Virus record (IMG/VR): IMGVR_UViG_3300030108_003227
Span: 1-58,465 of that record
DNA length: 58,465 nucleotides
Direction: 5' to 3' (one strand)
Source of the DNA: a virus
Lineage: Duplodnaviria; Caudoviricetes
Shown: one piece after another, positions 56,847 through 58,465 of the stretch
Layout: the number at the start of each line of letters is the position of its first letter
Numbering within the stretch: the first letter of the stretch is position 1
The notes under the pieces: generated by a model
Seen by the model: only the letters and a program-made list of their open reading frames with translations
Told to the model about the DNA's origin: nothing
Databases searched by the model: none
Made by a program: the position numbers and the translations under genes

Positions 56847-57125
56847 ATGGCAACATCAAACATTGACAAACAATCCTTCGGTCAGGCGGGGGCAACCATG
56901 CGTAGTGGGACTGAATCAATCGAAAAAGATATATGTGCAATCCTTATCATCGAGGATGCCGTCTTGGATTCTTCAGGCACTATTTGGGATGAACTTACCG
57001 ATACCAGTGTTGGGGGCAAAGCTCTAAAGGGCGGCGTTACCCTCCCTGCTGGAATTACTATATACGGTCAGTTTTCCAAGGTCACCCTAGATAGTGGAAC
57101 CGTCCTTTGTTACCACGCAGCCTAA
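56847..57125 (+). CDS. Small virion protein, 92 aa
   Basis: LPAGITIYGQFSKVTLDSGTVLCY motif typical of phage structural proteins. Confidence 0.6.
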   Translation: MATSNIDKQSFGQAGATMRSGTESIEKDICAILIIEDAVLDSSGTIWDELTDTSVGGKALKGGVTLPAGITIYGQFSKVTLDSGTVLCYHAA

Positions 57126-58090
57126 TGCGCTTAGGGCTATCACAGGGCTTGTCTACAAGCGGCTTTGTGCCTTCTGCTGCGGCAACGCCCATGCTGCTGG
57201 ACAGGGACGGGATGCCGACAGCTACTCTTGCGTATAGCCTAAGAAAGCTACGGGCAGATTACTCAAGCTATGCAGTCAGGGTCCGAAAAGGGACCGGAGG
57301 TTCTGCGGTCGAAGTAGATGTCTCTTTTGACGATGATAATAAGGTCAGCGCATCTTCTGCTATATCGGTTGCTTCAGGATCTTACAGCGGAACAATGACT
57401 TTGACCGCGTTCGCTGGTGGAGCTTCTGTTTATGTGACCACATGGTATGACCAAGTCGGGACGGCACAAAGTGCTTACCAAACATCTGCGAGTTTACAGC
57501 CTCCTCTGTTGGCAGACTTTACTGCGTTAGACTTCAGCGCAACCGAATACCTGCAAACAACCCATGTTCCCGCCGAAGGAGGAGACGGAACAGACGTTGG
57601 AGACTCAAACACATGGTTGACGGCATCTAAGTATATCGACACCGATAACGACAGGCATGAGATAATCTCCGCTCTGTATTATTATCCTGCGTATGGCCGC
57701 TCTCTGTATGTTGAGGGAGACACATACCGCTTTGATGTGGGTGGTGGTGGTGGCATTACCGATATTGATACTTTGAATAGCACGGTTTCTGCTAGCACCA
57801 GTAGCATTGATGTAAACATCGCTTCTTATATGCCCGCCGAGTCAGGCAATGAGATTCAAATGAAGGTGAATGGATCCGATAGGTCGCCAATGAGTTCTTC
57901 GCACAACGTAAACTCGTTTGGTTACGGTCACTTCCATATTGGATATTGCAACTACCCTTACTTTACAACCGACCAGTGGGACGGGCAAATTTATGAGGTA
58001 GTCTGTTGGGAGAACACCGCAGCCTTCGCCGCATCAAGCGCAACTGCCGGAACTGTTTGGAGCGATCTGGAAACCTACTACGGACTGTAA
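57125..58090 (+). CDS. Lectin/LamG-like tail or fibre protein
   Basis: AYSLRKL...AVRVR...VTTWYDQ...WDGQIYEVV; ATG 57125 coupled. Confidence 0.65.
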   Translation: MRLGLSQGLSTSGFVPSAAATPMLLDRDGMPTATLAYSLRKLRADYSSYAVRVRKGTGGSAVEVDVSFDDDNKVSASSAISVASGSYSGTMTLTAFAGGASVYVTTWYDQVGTAQSAYQTSASLQPPLLADFTALDFSATEYLQTTHVPAEGGDGTDVGDSNTWLTASKYIDTDNDRHEIISALYYYPAYGRSLYVEGDTYRFDVGGGGGITDIDTLNSTVSASTSSIDVNIASYMPAESGNEIQMKVNGSDRSPMSSSHNVNSFGYGHFHIGYCNYPYFTTDQWDGQIYEVVCWENTAAFAASSATAGTVWSDLETYYGL

Positions 58091-58335
58091 TGGCCAAATA
58101 CTTACATTTTGAAACAAAGGCGGGGGCCGCAAACCGTAGCAAAGAACTGTGGGGCGGCGATGAAGACGCTGTTACCCAGCATCTCTATGGTTTTGTAGAA
58201 AGCAGAAAGACAACAGGAGGAAGTTTTCTAATCGTTCCAGATGACGGTGGAGAGCTGAATAGCGACGAAAAAAGTAATTTGCAAGACCACGCATCCTATC
58301 TTGAGTGGGTTGAACAATTCCTTGCCCCCGAATAG
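58090..58335 (+). CDS. Hypothetical protein, 81 aa
   Basis: TAATG-coupled start MAKYLHF. Confidence 0.55.
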   Translation: MAKYLHFETKAGAANRSKELWGGDEDAVTQHLYGFVESRKTTGGSFLIVPDDGGELNSDEKSNLQDHASYLEWVEQFLAPE

Positions 58336-58341
58336 TGAACC

Positions 58342-58465
58342 ATGCGCCTAGGACTATCACAGGGATTAGCCACAGGCGGCTTTGTGCCGTCTGAGAGTGC
58401 CATTTTGACCAAACTTGGCATCACGCCGGAACTTGCCGTCTCGATGGCCCGCAAACTTGTTGGGA
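58342..58465 (+). CDS. Truncated paralog of the 57125 fibre-like gene
   Basis: MRLGLSQGLATGGFVPS versus MRLGLSQGLSTSGFVPS; runs off the window. Confidence 0.7.
   Translation, partial: MRLGLSQGLATGGFVPSESAILTKLGITPELAVSMARKLVG

Overview
The window looks like most of the genome of a tailed dsDNA phage with a podovirus-like layout, opened inside the tail region. The + strand carries portal, scaffold, major capsid and tail genes (48.4-58.5 kb, continuing at 0.1-4.1 kb), then a lysis cassette (holins, overlapping spanin-like pair, Amidase_3 endolysin) and small basic proteins. A - strand replication operon (7.1-15.2 kb) encodes a primase-helicase, PolA, an SSB-like protein, a Cas4-like nuclease, RuvC and a TerS-like HTH protein. 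It diverges from TerL, which is followed by three Cys-free putative ejection proteins, one of 4680 aa. A - strand putative early region (34.6-46.7 kb) holds many small genes, an SF2 helicase and a MoxR-AAA / DUF3150-like / HExxH-vWA module. The most striking feature is an array of 12 co-oriented hairpin elements (core GGTATA-N6-TATACC) separating most genes from 40.4 to 46.7 kb. Their outer stems covary, and their mismatches read as G-U on the coding strand, giving a repeat-delimited gene-cassette array with no obvious recombinase in the window. Other candidates are a second promoter/inverted-repeat family, a ~100-nt structured RNA before the DNA polymerase, and a tandem 26-bp motif in the capsid leader. 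No tRNA, rRNA, integrase or true CRISPR array was seen. All family calls come from motif recognition by eye, not from database searches.
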